Origin: Candidatus Omnitrophota bacterium
GTDB lineage: Bacteria > Omnitrophota > Gorgyraeia > Zapsychrales > JANLHA01
Reading direction: 5' to 3'
NCBI GenBank assembly: GCA_020632535.1
Contig: JACKFJ010000003.1
Coordinates: forward strand, 38,166 to 102,165
DNA: 64,000 nt
Under the pieces are notes generated by a model, which searched no databases, was not told where the DNA came from, and saw only the letters and a list, made by a program, of their open reading frames with translations. The translations under genes were made by a program, and so were the position numbers. Positions 9,453 to 17,862 of this stretch are shown in pieces (position 1 is the first letter of the stretch; each line of letters begins with the position of its first letter).

Positions 9453-12400
9453 GATTGATTTTTCTTTCCACCCCCGCGTTTGCCAATAATCTTGTCATAA
9501 GCAATGTCACCCTTGAAGACCGTAACGCGACGGCAAACACAATGGTCGTGCAGTTTAATATTTCATGGGATCACTCATGGCGAAAGAATGACGGTCGCCA
9601 TGACGCGGCGTGGGTGTTTGTAAAAATTAATAATTCCACTCCACCGTGGAAACATGGTTTACTTTATACCGCTGGAACCAATCCCACCAATACATCACCG
9701 GGCACCAATAGCGATCTTAAAATTGTCATTCCCTCAGATAAAGTCGGCGCGTTTATTTCACGAACAGCGACGGGTAATGGGACTTTTTCGTCACAAAAGG
9801 TTCGCCTTACTGTTGACTACGGCAGTAGTGGGATTGCAGACACGGATACCGTGCAAGTAAAAGTATTTGGTATCGAAATGGTCTACATTCCCGAAGGACC
9901 GTTTTATGTTGGAGAGAATAATACTAACGCCGATGAAACAGCTGCGAGTATTTATAAAGTATCTGATGCTGCTGTCATAGTTTTTAATTCTAGTGGAACT
10001 TTCCAATGGGCCAAGCGTTTAGGTGGAACAAATAATGATCTTGCAAGGGCTGTCGCTTCAGGTAGCAATTCCAATATTATCGTCACCGGTGATGCTTACG
10101 GAAATTTTGATTTAAATGGAGATGGTGATACCGCTGATACCAATGAATCGACAGGTGGAGTATATGCAGTAAATGATGCGTATTTATCAGTTTTTAATTC
10201 TAGCGGGACTTTTCAATGGTCCAAGCGTGTAGGTGGAGCTGCTGGTGACTATGGGCAAGCAGTGGCAGTTGACCACAATAACAATATTATTTTCAGTGGG
10301 TATTGTCAAAACAATGTTGATTTAAACGGCGACGGTGATACCGCTGATAGCAATGAAACCGGCGGCGGTGTATATGGAAACAGCCAAGACGGATTTATTT
10401 CGGTTTTTAATTCTAGTGGGACTTTTCAATGGTCAGAGCGGTTAGGAGGAACTACTGTTGATCAGGCAAAGTCTGTCGCAACAGATAGTAGTAATAATAT
10501 CATTGTTAGCGGATCCGTTACTAATAATGCTGACTTAAACGGCGATGGTGATACCAGTGATGCTAATGAATCTGGGGGAGGAGTTTATGAAGTTGCTGAT
10601 GCGTTTATATCCGTTTTGAATTCCAGTGGGACTTTTCAATGGTCTAAGCGTTTTGGGGGAACTGGTAGTGATTCTGGAGAATCTGTTGCAACGGATAGCA
10701 ATAAGAATGTTATCATTACCGGCGCTGTCAACGGTAATGCCGACTTAAACGGAGATGCTGATACCGCCGATTCGAACGAAACAGGGAGTACAGGTGTATA
10801 TGGAAACAGTGATGTGTTCATCTCTGTTTTTAATTCTAGTGGGACTTTTCAATGGTCTAAGCGTTTAGGTGGAACTTTTACAGATAGCGGAAATGCGCTC
10901 GCAGTGGATAGCAATAATAATATCATCGCAGGAGGGTATGTTGACCGTAATGCTGATTTAAACGGAGATGCAGATACCGCCGATGCTAATGAAACTGGTA
11001 CTACAGGGGTATATTCAGGTACCGATGGATTTATCTCTGTTTTTAATTCAGCGGGGACTTTCCAGTGGTCTAAACGTCTTGGGGGCTCAGGTACTGATTA
11101 TGTATATGCTGTTGCGGTCGACAGTAATAATAATATTCTGGTTAGCGGGTACGTGACTGGTAATGCCGACTTGAACGGAGATGCGGATACATCGGATACA
11201 AATGAAACCGGCGGTGGAGTATATGGAAGTATTGATGCCTTTATCTCTGTTTTTGATTCGAGCGGAACTTTCCAATGGGCGAAACGTTTGGGAGGTAATA
11301 GTAGTGATTATGGATATAGTGTTGCAGTAGACAGAAATAATAATATTCTCTTAGGTTGGAGGTTTACCGGCAACGCCGACTTCAATGGCGACGCGATTAT
11401 TTATCCGACATATCCGTTTTATACCACAGGCGCGGATGATGCCGCCGTCCAAATTACAACCAGCGGCCAAGCTTTGACCGTTGTGACCAATTCCAATGAT
11501 GATATTGATACTTCACCTATCACTGTCACAGGACTTGCCGGTGTAACAGGCAATACATCTTGGCCTAATGGTTATTCTGCTTTTTACATGATGAAATATG
11601 AAATGACACAAGGGCAGTATGTCGACTTTCTCAATACTTTATCGAGAGTTCAGCAAAGCACACGTGTTGAAGCCACGGTCACCGGCAACACCATTGCTAA
11701 TTATTATGTCATGTCAAATGGAACATCCGTTTCAGCTCGTAATGGCATACGTGCTCCCGCATCTGGTAATGGAACAAGTCCTACGCCCATTGTTTTTGGA
11801 AATGACTTAAGCGCAAATGGTGTATTTAATGAAAGTAATGATGGACAGAATATCGCGATGAATGTTTTGAGTTGGGGAGATTTATTGGCTTACGCGGATT
11901 GGGCAGGTTTGCGGCCTTTTACCGAACTTGAATTTGAAAAAACAGCTCGCGGCCCTAATAGCGCCGTAAGTAATGAATATGCTTGGGGGACATCTGTGGT
12001 TACCATTGCATCCACAATTCTTGATGATGGTCGAAATACTGAGAGAGTCAGTGAGTCTGGAGAAGGACTCACGACACTTGAGAATTATACAGCCGGTCCT
12101 TTAAGAGTTGGCTTTGCCGCGACCAATGCAACGAATCGTATCAGCGCAGGCGCGGGATATTATGGAAATATGGATCTTTCTGGTAATGCCGGAGAAATGG
12201 CTGTCACTTTAGGTAATAGCGTAGGCCGATCATTTACGGGAACACACGGGGACGGAACATTAACGAGCACTGCGAGTTTTGAAGGCAATGCGACCAATAC
12301 GGATTGGCCGGGTATCAATGGGACAACAAATAAAGGGGTAACGGGCGCCAGCGGTTCGGGATCCCGAGGGAGCACTTGGTTTGGTCAAATATATCCCTTG

Positions 12401-12487
12401 ACAAGTCGCCTTGAAGCTTCATTAACGGACAGTTCTCGCTCTAGTTTTGGGAATAACGGCGGTCGACTTGCCCGCACCGCGCCGTAA
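9449..12487 (+). CDS. Secreted/surface protein: N-terminal beta-sandwich, then a seven-blade SBBP-like beta-propeller with Ca-loop motifs, flanked on both sides by FGE-sulfatase (SUMF1-like) domain segments
   Basis: Seven ~70-aa repeats (VFNSSGTFQW[AS]KRLGG..D....VA.D..NNII..G......DLNGD[GA]DT[AS]D.NE[ST]GG.VY). MVYIPEGPFYVG lies before the repeats. YMMKYEMTQGQYVDFLN...LAYADWAGLRPFTELEFEKTARGP...GGRLAR lies after them. The frame is open from 9185, but 9185-9448 is repeat R2. The start is uncertain: the ATG at 9449 gives MGLIFLSTPAFA/NN. Confidence 0.7.
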   Translation: MGLIFLSTPAFANNLVISNVTLEDRNATANTMVVQFNISWDHSWRKNDGRHDAAWVFVKINNSTPPWKHGLLYTAGTNPTNTSPGTNSDLKIVIPSDKVGAFISRTATGNGTFSSQKVRLTVDYGSSGIADTDTVQVKVFGIEMVYIPEGPFYVGENNTNADETAASIYKVSDAAVIVFNSSGTFQWAKRLGGTNNDLARAVASGSNSNIIVTGDAYGNFDLNGDGDTADTNESTGGVYAVNDAYLSVFNSSGTFQWSKRVGGAAGDYGQAVAVDHNNNIIFSGYCQNNVDLNGDGDTADSNETGGGVYGNSQDGFISVFNSSGTFQWSERLGGTTVDQAKSVATDSSNNIIVSGSVTNNADLNGDGDTSDANESGGGVYEVADAFISVLNSSGTFQWSKRFGGTGSDSGESVATDSNKNVIITGAVNGNADLNGDADTADSNETGSTGVYGNSDVFISVFNSSGTFQWSKRLGGTFTDSGNALAVDSNNNIIAGGYVDRNADLNGDADTADANETGTTGVYSGTDGFISVFNSAGTFQWSKRLGGSGTDYVYAVAVDSNNNILVSGYVTGNADLNGDADTSDTNETGGGVYGSIDAFISVFDSSGTFQWAKRLGGNSSDYGYSVAVDRNNNILLGWRFTGNADFNGDAIIYPTYPFYTTGADDAAVQITTSGQALTVVTNSNDDIDTSPITVTGLAGVTGNTSWPNGYSAFYMMKYEMTQGQYVDFLNTLSRVQQSTRVEATVTGNTIANYYVMSNGTSVSARNGIRAPASGNGTSPTPIVFGNDLSANGVFNESNDGQNIAMNVLSWGDLLAYADWAGLRPFTELEFEKTARGPNSAVSNEYAWGTSVVTIASTILDDGRNTERVSESGEGLTTLENYTAGPLRVGFAATNATNRISAGAGYYGNMDLSGNAGEMAVTLGNSVGRSFTGTHGDGTLTSTASFEGNATNTDWPGINGTTNKGVTGASGSGSRGSTWFGQIYPLTSRLEASLTDSSRSSFGNNGGRLARTAP
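9980..11400 (+). repeat. Intragenic tandem repeat, seven units of 210-213 bp (propeller blades)
   Basis: The motif gtttt(t/g)(a/g)attc... recurs at 9980, 10190, 10403, 10613, 10826, 11039 and 11249. Nucleotide similarity between units is high. Confidence 0.9.
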
Positions 12488-12797
12488 ACCATTGCGAGCC
12501 GCGAAGAGCGCGAGTCCTTGTTAGGACGAGGAGCTAAGCGACGTGGCAAAAATAGTGTCCATTGCGAGCCCCGCAGGGCGCGGCAATCTATTAGGATTAA
12601 AAGTGAAATGAAAAAACTTGATCACATCTGGCATTCTTTTAATGTATTTTGTCATTCCCGCAATATATTTTGTCATTTTCTCAATGTATTCTGTCATTCC
12701 CGCGAAAGCGGGAATCCACTTTCAAAAAATGGATCCCCGATGAGAGCATTCGGGGATGACAATATTTTCGCTAACGTTCGCAATGGGAGTGATTTTT
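12488..12797. repeat. Composite palindromic repeat block R3 (right bracket of cassette)
   Basis: Positions 12488-12770 are near-identical to 2698-3027. It carries three 21-bp units (12641-12661, 12662-12682, 12683-12703). The tail acgttcgcaatgggagtgattttt resembles the R2 tail acgttcttcgcaatgggattgattttt. Confidence 0.9.
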
Positions 12798-12826
12798 AGT
12801 ATTAACAAAAAAGACAGGAGAAAGAC

Positions 12827-13372
12827 ATGAAAAAAACTGTAATTTTTTTATTGATAGGAATTTTCTTAGGATTGATTGCTCTGGCACAAAATAATGTCTT
12901 TGCTCAAGACAAAACCTTAAGTGCGATTGCTAATATGAGTAGCACGATGCCAGATTCCGCAATCACTGGAACTGTGAAATTAACCGAAACATCGGACGGT
13001 CTTAAAGTTACCGCAGATATTAAGGGCATACCTTATAAAGGGCCACTTGGATTTCATATTCACGAAGTTGGAAATTGCAGTGATATGGGTAAAGCTGCCG
13101 GTGGCCATTTTAATCCTGACAAGGTTATGCATGGAATGTTAATGAAAGACGGAGCCGAACACGCCCACATTGGCGACATGGGTAATATTGTCGTCGATGC
13201 GACTGGTCATGCCAAACTTGAGGTAACTCTGCCCGATGTTGGTTTAGAAAACTGGCGCTATAATGTCGGAGGTCTTTCCATTATTTTGCATGAAAAGGCT
13301 GATGATTTTGGCCAACCAACAGGCAATGCCGGCGGACGTATCGCCTGCGGCATTATTGAAGTACAAAAGTAA
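12827..13372 (+). CDS. sodC: Periplasmic Cu,Zn superoxide dismutase
   Basis: Signal peptide, then GFHIHEVGNC, GGHFNP, HIGDMGN and a LHEKADD...GNAGGRIACGII C-terminus. There is an aggag SD. Confidence 0.9.
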   Translation: MKKTVIFLLIGIFLGLIALAQNNVFAQDKTLSAIANMSSTMPDSAITGTVKLTETSDGLKVTADIKGIPYKGPLGFHIHEVGNCSDMGKAAGGHFNPDKVMHGMLMKDGAEHAHIGDMGNIVVDATGHAKLEVTLPDVGLENWRYNVGGLSIILHEKADDFGQPTGNAGGRIACGIIEVQK

Positions 13373-13407
13373 TACCGTCGCGAGCCCTTTTTATAGGAGT
13401 ATAAATT

Positions 13408-13947
13408 ATGTTTTCAATCACGAACAGTGCTCTCTTGGTTATAGACGTGCAGGGAAACCTTGCACAACGTATGCACAAAGCTGAGCATTTGCTTGAACGC
13501 ATCTGCCTTTGTATCAAAGCCGCAAAGATTATGGAATTACCGATCATTTATACTGAACAAATTCCCGCAAAATTGGGCAAAACCACATCGACAGTTGCCG
13601 AACTTTTACGTGATATAATTCCAATCGAAAAAACGACTTTCAGTTGCTGGGAAAATCCTGATTTTGTCCAAAAGATACAAAGTCTAAAGCGATCGCAAAT
13701 TTTTGTTGTTGGAATCGAAGCGCATGTTTGTATTTTTCAAACTGTTTCGGATTTATTGAAAGCCAATTTTAAAGTGCAAATTGTTACTGACGCGGTTTCG
13801 TCGCGAATAGAAGACAATAAAACAATTGCGCTAACACGTATGAAAGATTTGGGCGCTATTTTAACATCATCAGAGATGATGGCGACCGAGTTGATGCGTA
13901 CCGCGGAATATAAATATTTTAAGGAGATCCTTTCACTTATCAAATAA
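13408..13947 (+). CDS. Isochorismatase-family cysteine hydrolase
   Basis: ALLVIDVQ near the N-terminus and VVGIEAHVCI (catalytic Cys context). 179 aa. Confidence 0.7.
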   Translation: MFSITNSALLVIDVQGNLAQRMHKAEHLLERICLCIKAAKIMELPIIYTEQIPAKLGKTTSTVAELLRDIIPIEKTTFSCWENPDFVQKIQSLKRSQIFVVGIEAHVCIFQTVSDLLKANFKVQIVTDAVSSRIEDNKTIALTRMKDLGAILTSSEMMATELMRTAEYKYFKEILSLIK

Positions 13948-13958
13948 CCATTATTAGT

Positions 13959-14032
13959 GTCATTCCCGCAATCCTTTAGCGGGAATCCATAATTAAAAAT
14001 ATGGATCCCCGATAGGAACCTTCGGGGATGAC
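13959..14032. repeat. Palindromic repeat locus R4 (two hairpin modules)
   Basis: gtcattcccgc-aatccttta-gcgggaatcc (13959-13988) and ggatccccga-taggaacc-ttcggggatgac (14003-14032). Confidence 0.9.
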
Positions 14033-14049
14033 GTCAGGGGGGATATTTC

Positions 14050-16017
14050 GTGCCAAACTCCAAACAGAAAAATCATGCAAATGTTTCGACACTTTTAGAC
14101 GAATCCCGTATTTTTTCACCTTCCAAAAAATTTCTCTCAAACGTGCAAATCAAGGATGATTCATTAATTAAAAAAGCCGCGCAAGATCGTCTAGCTTTCT
14201 GGGCGCAGTGGGCCAGCAAATTGACATGGAGTAAGCCATGGGACAAAATTCTCGATTGGACGGACGCGCCTTTTGCCAAATGGTTTGTCGGTGGCAAACT
14301 CAATGCATGCGTTAATTGTGTTGATCGCCATATAAAAGCTGGTAAAGGTCAAAAAAAAGCATTTATTTGGGTTGGTGAAAATAGCGACCAGCGGACATTA
14401 ACGTACGCTGATGTTTTTGCTGAAGTCAACAAATTAGCAAATGTTATCAAAGATTTGGGTATTACAAAGGGTGACCGCGTAGCCATTTATCTGCCGATGG
14501 TTCCGGAAGCAATGATCAGCATGCTAGCGTGCGCTCGAATCGGCGCCGTCCATACCGTTGTTTTTGGCGGCTTTAGTGCCGATTCTTTGCAAAGTCGCAT
14601 CAATGATTGTGAAGCGAAATTATTAATTACCGCCGATGGTGGTTATCGTCGTGGAAACGTTTTGCTCCTAAAAGAAATCGCGGATAAAGCAATCACAGGT
14701 TGTCCATCAGTTAAAAATGTTCTTGTCGTGCAAAGAACAAAATCATCTGTCAAAATGATTTCGCAACGCGATCACTGGTATCATGAACTGTTAGCAAAAG
14801 CCAAACCCCAATGTCCACCTGAAGAAATGGATTCAGAAGATCTACTTTTTATTTTATACACATCTGGCACAACAGGAAAACCAAAAGGAATTATTCACAC
14901 CACCGGCGGATATATGACTGGAGTTGCGGCGACGACAAAATGGGTTTTTGATTTACAAGACGAGGATATCTTTTGGTGTACTGCCGACGTAGGATGGATT
15001 ACCGGCCACAGTTATATTGTTTACGGTCCCATGGCCAATGGGGCAACACAAGTCATATACGAAGGCTCGCCGGATTTTCCGCAACGCAATCGCTTTTGGA
15101 AAATCATTGAAGAGCACAAAGTAAGCATTTTTTACACTGCACCGACAGCGATTCGCGCTTTCATGAAGTGGGGTATCGAGTGGCCGAAAGGGTGCGATCT
15201 TTCCAGTCTTCGACTTTTAGGCAGTGTTGGCGAACCGATCAACCCAGAAGCATGGGTTTGGTATCACGAACACATCGGCCGCAGCAATTGTCCTATCGTC
15301 GACACATGGTGGCAGACAGAAACAGGATGTATTTTGATTTCACCACTGGCTGGCATTACCGATCTTAAGCCCGGCTCGGCAACAAAATCGCTTCCGGGTA
15401 TTGACGTAAAAATTATTAATGAAGACGCGAAAGAAATAAAAGAAGGCGGCGGCTTTTTGGTTTTGACGAGTCCGTGGCCTTCGATGCTGCGCGGAATTTA
15501 TGGCGATCCTAAGCGTTATAAAGAAACATACTGGAGCAAATGGTCAGAAAATATTTATTTTACCGGTGATGGTGCCAAGAAGGACACGGATGGATATTTT
15601 TGGCTTTTGGGACGAGTTGATGACATTATGTTGGTCGCGGGACATAATATTTCAACCATGGAAGTTGAAAGTGCGCTCGTTGATCATCCTGCGGTTGCCG
15701 AAGCCGCGGTTATTGGCGCGACTGATGAAATCAAAGGACAAGCCATTGTCGCTTTTGTCACATTAAAAGAAGGAAAACCTTCTCTTGATAGAATCGAAGA
15801 TATTCTAAAGGCGCATGTCGCAAATAAAATTGGCGCGATTGCCCGTCCACGACAGATCATTTTAACTGCGGACCTTCCCAAGACCCGCAGCGGAAAAATT
15901 ATGCGTCGCCTTTTACGTGACGTAGCCGAAGGTCGCGCTCTTGGTGACGTGACAACTTTGGCGGATGTAGAAGTTGTGGAAGCTTTGAAAAAAAAATACG
16001 AACATGTTGAGTCATAA
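14050..16017 (+). CDS. acs: Acetyl-CoA synthetase (AMP-forming)
   Basis: GTG start. YTSGTTGKPKG AMP-binding motif, WWQTETG, and C-terminal PKTRSGKIMRRLLR carrying the regulatory lysine (K616, codon 15895-15897). Confidence 0.92.
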   Translation: MPNSKQKNHANVSTLLDESRIFSPSKKFLSNVQIKDDSLIKKAAQDRLAFWAQWASKLTWSKPWDKILDWTDAPFAKWFVGGKLNACVNCVDRHIKAGKGQKKAFIWVGENSDQRTLTYADVFAEVNKLANVIKDLGITKGDRVAIYLPMVPEAMISMLACARIGAVHTVVFGGFSADSLQSRINDCEAKLLITADGGYRRGNVLLLKEIADKAITGCPSVKNVLVVQRTKSSVKMISQRDHWYHELLAKAKPQCPPEEMDSEDLLFILYTSGTTGKPKGIIHTTGGYMTGVAATTKWVFDLQDEDIFWCTADVGWITGHSYIVYGPMANGATQVIYEGSPDFPQRNRFWKIIEEHKVSIFYTAPTAIRAFMKWGIEWPKGCDLSSLRLLGSVGEPINPEAWVWYHEHIGRSNCPIVDTWWQTETGCILISPLAGITDLKPGSATKSLPGIDVKIINEDAKEIKEGGGFLVLTSPWPSMLRGIYGDPKRYKETYWSKWSENIYFTGDGAKKDTDGYFWLLGRVDDIMLVAGHNISTMEVESALVDHPAVAEAAVIGATDEIKGQAIVAFVTLKEGKPSLDRIEDILKAHVANKIGAIARPRQIILTADLPKTRSGKIMRRLLRDVAEGRALGDVTTLADVEVVEALKKKYEHVES

Positions 16018-16763
16018 TGGATTTTAACCAAATCGATGAACAGGCGCGCCAATGTGCCAAGCTGATTAAAAATGCCAAAACAATTGCAGCCTTGACGGGC
16101 GCGGGCATTTCAACAAATGCGGGAATTCCGGATTTCCGTGGTGAACGCGGCCTCTATGTCACCAAGCAATATGATGCTGAAAAAATTTTTGATATCAATT
16201 ATTTTTCCCGCGACGCCAAACCTTTTTATGATTTTGCCCGTGATTTTGTCAATCTTACTGAAAACATCAAACCGACCCGCAGCCATTATTTTTTAGCAGA
16301 ATTAGAAAAAACCCAAAAATTCCTTGGAGTCATTACCCAAAATATTGATTCACTTCATCAACAAGCAGGGTCAAGCAATGTTTATGAAATGCACGGGAGT
16401 TTTCAAAAAAGTTTTTGTCATGAATGCGGAAAAATGTTTATTCTTTCCATTTTAAGACAAAGAATGATGTCAGAAATTGTTCCTCTGTGTGATTGCGGCG
16501 GTGTCCTTAAACCTGACATTGTGTTTTTCGGCGAATTAGTCAAACATTATAAGGAAGCCATTGAGTTGACAGAAAAGGCCGATTTGTTTTTTATCATTGG
16601 GACATCATGCGTGGTTCATCCGGCGGCACAAATTCCATCACATGCGTCGGGAGATATCGTGATCGTCAATCAAGGAAAAGTTGAATTTGATTTATACAAT
16701 ATCAGTTTAAAAGTTAATGGAGATGCTGATGAATTTTTTGAAAAAGTTGCGTTCTTTATTTAA
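16017..16763 (+). CDS. cobB: NAD-dependent protein deacylase, Sir2 family
   Basis: GAGISTNAGIPDFRG, QNIDSLH and a Zn ribbon formed by CxxC...CxC (CHECG...CDCGG). Its start overlaps the acs stop. Confidence 0.85.
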   Translation: MDFNQIDEQARQCAKLIKNAKTIAALTGAGISTNAGIPDFRGERGLYVTKQYDAEKIFDINYFSRDAKPFYDFARDFVNLTENIKPTRSHYFLAELEKTQKFLGVITQNIDSLHQQAGSSNVYEMHGSFQKSFCHECGKMFILSILRQRMMSEIVPLCDCGGVLKPDIVFFGELVKHYKEAIELTEKADLFFIIGTSCVVHPAAQIPSHASGDIVIVNQGKVEFDLYNISLKVNGDADEFFEKVAFFI

Positions 16764-17862
16764 ATTACTTCCCATTTTATTTTTCGTACTGATTGTCGTC
16801 AATGAGGCTTCGGCCGAGTTTCCCATTGAGAAAATTAAAATGCCGAAAGGGTTTCAATTTGAAGTTTTTGCTTCCGGCCTTGAAAACCCCAGATCACTCA
16901 CTGTTTCGCCTAATGGAACTATTTTTGTTGGGACACGAACGGGTGGAGGAAAAGTCTACGCAATTCCGGTTATTAAAGACGGGTCTTCGCGAAAAGCAGG
17001 AAAGATTTATACCATTGCCAGCGGACTTCGAGCTCCCAATGGCGTAGCATTTAAGGATGGCCATCTCTATGTCGCCGAAATTGAACGCGTGCTTCGTTTT
17101 GATAATATTGAGGATCATCTCGAAAAGCCCATCAAACCACTCATTGTTAATCAAGATTTTCCCAAAGATACATGGCATGGATGGAAATTTATTCGCTTTG
17201 GACCTGATGGAAAATTGTATGTGCCAGTTGGAATGCCTTGCAATGTTTGTGAAAAAGATGATGTGCGTTATGGATCCATCTTGCGAATGGATGCCGACGG
17301 AAAAAATCTCAAAGTCTTTAGCCGCGGTGTTCGCAATACGGTCGGTTTTGACTGGGATCCGACAACGAAGGACATGTGGTTTACAGACAATGGCCGTGAT
17401 AATCTTGGCGACAATTATCCCCCCGATGAATTAAATCACGCGCCAAAAGCTGGGATGCATTTTGGCTTTCCATATTGCCATGGCAAAAATATTCCTGATC
17501 CTCACTTCGGTAATCCAGATTCCTGTACAACTCACACAGCACCGGCACAAGAATTGGGTCCGCATGTCGCGGCTTTGGGGATGCGTTTTTATACCGGGCA
17601 AATGTTCCCCAAAGAATATCATAATCAAATTTTAATTTGCGAACACGGATCATGGAATCGTAGTGAAAAAAATGGTTATCGAATCACACTTGTTCGTGTT
17701 AAGGATAATGCCGCGACATCATATGAAATTTTTGCTTCAGGCTGGTGGGATGGGAAAAGAATCTGGGGTCGTCCAGTCGACTTGGATATTCTCGATGATG
17801 GTTCCGTCATCGTATCGGATGATAATTCTGGAAATCTCTATCGCATCACATATCAAGAATAA
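16729..17862 (+). CDS. PQQ-dependent (soluble glucose/sorbosone) dehydrogenase-like beta-propeller
   Basis: Signal peptide MNFLKKLRSLFKLLPILFFVLIVVNEASA. Motifs typical of the GSDH family are present (RNTVGFDWDP, WFTDNGRD, ELN...G.HFGFPYCHG). The ORF track starts at 16717. Confidence 0.7.
   Translation: MNFLKKLRSLFKLLPILFFVLIVVNEASAEFPIEKIKMPKGFQFEVFASGLENPRSLTVSPNGTIFVGTRTGGGKVYAIPVIKDGSSRKAGKIYTIASGLRAPNGVAFKDGHLYVAEIERVLRFDNIEDHLEKPIKPLIVNQDFPKDTWHGWKFIRFGPDGKLYVPVGMPCNVCEKDDVRYGSILRMDADGKNLKVFSRGVRNTVGFDWDPTTKDMWFTDNGRDNLGDNYPPDELNHAPKAGMHFGFPYCHGKNIPDPHFGNPDSCTTHTAPAQELGPHVAALGMRFYTGQMFPKEYHNQILICEHGSWNRSEKNGYRITLVRVKDNAATSYEIFASGWWDGKRIWGRPVDLDILDDGSVIVSDDNSGNLYRITYQE

Noticed and set aside
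2698-12797. Cassette as a composite transposon or integrative element
   Set aside because: No transposase, integrase, recombinase, tRNA attachment site or terminal inverted repeats are visible. The brackets are direct repeats of a family that is also scattered elsewhere. I report only the bracketing, not mobility.
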